Shown in pieces: positions 61,232-64,000 of a stretch of 64,000 nt of DNA (position 1 is the stretch's first letter; each line of letters starts with the position of its first letter). This DNA comes from a virus (taxonomy: Duplodnaviria > Caudoviricetes). The translations under genes and the position numbers were made by a program. The notes beneath the pieces were generated by a model. That model saw only the letters and a program-made list of their open reading frames with translations, was not told where the DNA came from and did no database searches. The stretch lies in the IMG/VR virus record IMGVR_UViG_3300050336_000030; one strand, written 5' to 3'.

Positions 61232-63559
61232 TCAAACTTTATACCAATTAGTTCCATCGCTCACCAATGTTAATGTTGAATTTGGAGTAGCAGAAAAATT
61301 AGATGCTAATTTAATATTTCCGGTATTATTAACTGTCAATGTTCCATCAAAAATCATAGTGATTTTATATCCACTTGGTTTAATACTTATATTAGTAATT
61401 GCTGTTGTTCCTGTGATGTGAAAAACTTCTCCAGTACTAGGCGTAATTGTAGCCGCAGAAGCAATAGCCGTAGCAATATTACCCAAATTATTCAAGTAAA
61501 CAATATCACCCGTTGATCCATGATTTAAAATAAATTTATCACTACTCTGGAATCCTAACATATTGTTATTAAGGATGCTTATATTATCAAATGATCCTGA
61601 ATAAATTTCTATAACTCCTCCATTTCTTAATGTTCCACTAGTAAATATATTCTCGTCAAATTGCAAATTAGTCGCTCCTGCTGAAATTGAACCTATTACA
61701 ATATCATAAACACCAGTAGAATTTAAAGTATTATTATTCTTGAATTTATTCCCAATAAAACTAATGTTACTAAAATTTGAATTTAATGAAACTGCTTGTG
61801 CTTGAGTTAGTTCTATAGTGCATGAATTAAAAGACACTTCACTAACATTTGCGCTTATGTCTATTCCAATAACTCCGGTTCTTATTTCACAATTGTTAAA
61901 TTTAAATCCACCGAAAGTGGTACCTGTTCCAAGGATAGTTACTGCTCTTAATTTATTATCATCAAAATAACAATTATTAAAATAGTTTCCAATATTTTTG
62001 TTTGCACCATCTAATACTAATGCATAATTAGTTCCTTGTACATGGCAGTCGCTAAACCATAATCCATCACTACATAAAATATGATATCCAACATTTACAG
62101 GGTAACCTTCTCTGAGTGGTAAAGCATCACATTGAGAAAATTTACAACTTACAACCATTTTTACGGAAGTATTCTCGTTATATTTTACCGTATAGTAAGA
62201 ATTTCCATTTAGCCCAACCGTATGGCTACACCAGATATTCCTAAAATCTATTCTTGCACTTGCTTCAAGAGTTAAACAATCATACCCTGCATCAATATGT
62301 AAATCCTCAAACAATCCATCTTGACAGTCTAATACTCTTAAGTGAGATCCAGACGTCATTTCATTTATTTTTTGACCTATGAACATATGAAACATGCCAC
62401 AACCATGAGCGCCACTAAGATTAAATAAAACTGTATCGTAGTCAGTAGTAAATGCAGCTAAACTTCTTACTATCATCGAAACCCATCTACCTGCACCATA
62501 TAAATAAACATTAGGATTCAACACTTTTATAGTTGATGAAACTAAATATTTACCAGCAGGGAACCAAACAATTCCTCCTCCATGTGTTCCTACATAATTA
62601 ACTGCATTCTGAATTGCCATAGTATCATCAATTATACCATCCCCTATTGCACCAAAATCTTTAACACTAATAACTAAATTATTAACTCTTTTTGCAATTT
62701 CTTGTAATGCTGAATTTGCATCATCAGTCGTGTAATAATTTCCTGTGTCTATGATAGGTAATTGAGCGGCATTAGCGATATTTCCACCTGAACTAGAAAT
62801 ACATATCCAGTTAGCATTATCGGTGTTATATGATGGTGAAACCCCTTGACATGGAACGATATTCTTATATGAGCTATAAGTTCCGTTGTATTGTAATGTA
62901 ACTTTATTGTTTACCACGTATGGTTTACTTGGATTATATACTTCATATAAATTTCTTGCATTTTCATTATTAATCCTCGTATTCTCTTTTGAAACACGAT
63001 CCGATTCAGCGTTACTAACTGAAGTTTCAAGATTAACCATGTTAGTAATTTCAGTTCTTGCGTCTTGCGTTGCCGAATTGGTATTATCTGTAGCAACTAT
63101 CGCATTTGCTGTAGCTGTATTAACTTCTTCTGTCAAATCACCTAGAGTATTGAGCGCATTTTGAAATGCTATAAAATCATTTGAAGATTCAATTGCGTTT
63201 GCTATATTATTATCATCAACATTAATGTTAAAAGTTTTTGATGTCCTCCATTTTGTTCCATTAGTAATTTGAAAATTACATTCGACTTCTCCTTTTACCG
63301 CATATACTTGATTGGTCAAATCAAAAACAAAATAATTATCAGAAATCGTAGAATGAATATATCCATCAGTATTGTCTTTTTTTTTAAAATAAAAATAAGC
63401 CATTTCTGAACTAGGCGTTAATATTTCTGAATCTTGAACGATTTGTAATTTGAATCCATTTCCAGAATCATCTACAGAACCATGATAATGTTTAAATAAC
63501 GTGTTGTTATTTAAATTCCATTGTATCACTGGATAACTTTTACTAAAATCCAATGCCAT
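61232..63559 (-). CDS. tail spike: BppU-like N-terminus plus right-handed beta-helix (pectate lyase-like)
   Basis: VKDFGAIGDG..DDT.AIQ.A...FPAG.Y. Confidence 0.8.
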   Translation of the reverse strand: MALDFSKSYPVIQWNLNNNTLFKHYHGSVDDSGNGFKLQIVQDSEILTPSSEMAYFYFKKKDNTDGYIHSTISDNYFVFDLTNQVYAVKGEVECNFQITNGTKWRTSKTFNINVDDNNIANAIESSNDFIAFQNALNTLGDLTEEVNTATANAIVATDNTNSATQDARTEITNMVNLETSVSNAESDRVSKENTRINNENARNLYEVYNPSKPYVVNNKVTLQYNGTYSSYKNIVPCQGVSPSYNTDNANWICISSSGGNIANAAQLPIIDTGNYYTTDDANSALQEIAKRVNNLVISVKDFGAIGDGIIDDTMAIQNAVNYVGTHGGGIVWFPAGKYLVSSTIKVLNPNVYLYGAGRWVSMIVRSLAAFTTDYDTVLFNLSGAHGCGMFHMFIGQKINEMTSGSHLRVLDCQDGLFEDLHIDAGYDCLTLEASARIDFRNIWCSHTVGLNGNSYYTVKYNENTSVKMVVSCKFSQCDALPLREGYPVNVGYHILCSDGLWFSDCHVQGTNYALVLDGANKNIGNYFNNCYFDDNKLRAVTILGTGTTFGGFKFNNCEIRTGVIGIDISANVSEVSFNSCTIELTQAQAVSLNSNFSNISFIGNKFKNNNTLNSTGVYDIVIGSISAGATNLQFDENIFTSGTLRNGGVIEIYSGSFDNISILNNNMLGFQSSDKFILNHGSTGDIVYLNNLGNIATAIASAATITPSTGEVFHITGTTAITNISIKPSGYKITMIFDGTLTVNNTGNIKLASNFSATPNSTLTLVSDGTNWYKV

Positions 63560-63614
63560 TACTTTACCTCCTTTATGTAAAAATATATAAGCGTAATATC
63601 ATAAAAGTGTTAAT

Positions 63615-63968
63615 TTATTTAGACTGTATAGTTACTTCAGTATCATCTTCAATCATTGCCTCTAAGATGAATAGGAGATTAGGTTCTATATCTCTACCAT
63701 CTAAATCAGAAAGCTTAACCTTTAAGATATCAATCGTATTTTCACAATTTAGCAAGTCGTTTCTTTCTTGATTAAATGTTTTAATATGAGCTGGAGCAAT
63801 TCTATATTGATTATTATCAAATATTTTTACCTTTCCAGATTCATCTTTAATTGCATATTGTTCAACTAATTTGTTTTCACACTCGTAATATAGCTTTAAA
63901 AGTGGTTCAATCTTTTTCATGTTCTTAGAAAGGTTCCAGCCCGCCTTAACCGGAAGTTTAACTTTCAT
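63615..63968 (-). CDS. phage hypothetical protein (may start beyond the window)
   Basis: LPVK..W.L..N...I; tail region. Confidence 0.55.
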   Translation of the reverse strand: MKVKLPVKAGWNLSKNMKKIEPLLKLYYECENKLVEQYAIKDESGKVKIFDNNQYRIAPAHIKTFNQERNDLLNCENTIDILKVKLSDLDGRDIEPNLLFILEAMIEDDTEVTIQSK

Positions 63969-64000
63969 TATTTCTCCGAGTGCCTGAGCTGTATTTAATA

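Overview
Low-GC segment of a large temperate SPbeta-like phage of a Firmicute, probably a clostridial or lachnospiral host (inferred). It appears to be the excised form, because xis-attP-int is intact at about 51.5-53.5 kb. The plus strand (1-53.5 kb) carries: a regulatory cluster (XRE, orphan PemK/MazF, YopQ-like, YopR/MrpR-like repressor); an SPbeta yorF-yorL-like replication operon (SSB-like, AAA, helicase, primase, RecJ, DnaE, ERCC4 nuclease); a nucleotidyltransferase/CCA-adding/DHH trio; class III RNR, dUTPase, ThyX and kinases; three MTases plus an MTase pseudogene; TnpB; and dozens of tiny accessory genes. The minus strand carries tRNA-Thr(CGT), lysis genes and tail genes. The main observation is that about 48 degenerate dyad 18-mers (AYnRA-N8-TYnRT) mark the junctions of most small accessory genes, at or near the upstream stop and just before the next RBS. 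They are absent from the core replication junctions, giving an integron-like promoterless gene-cassette architecture. Also found: about 23 copies of a polar operator (RTRATAGWWATATGAAAC), three NrdR-like box pairs each exactly 10 bp before a cassette site, an attP matching a tRNA-Thr anticodon arm beside a recoded replacement tRNA, and several antisense/leader structures. All calls were made by eye; no database searches were run.
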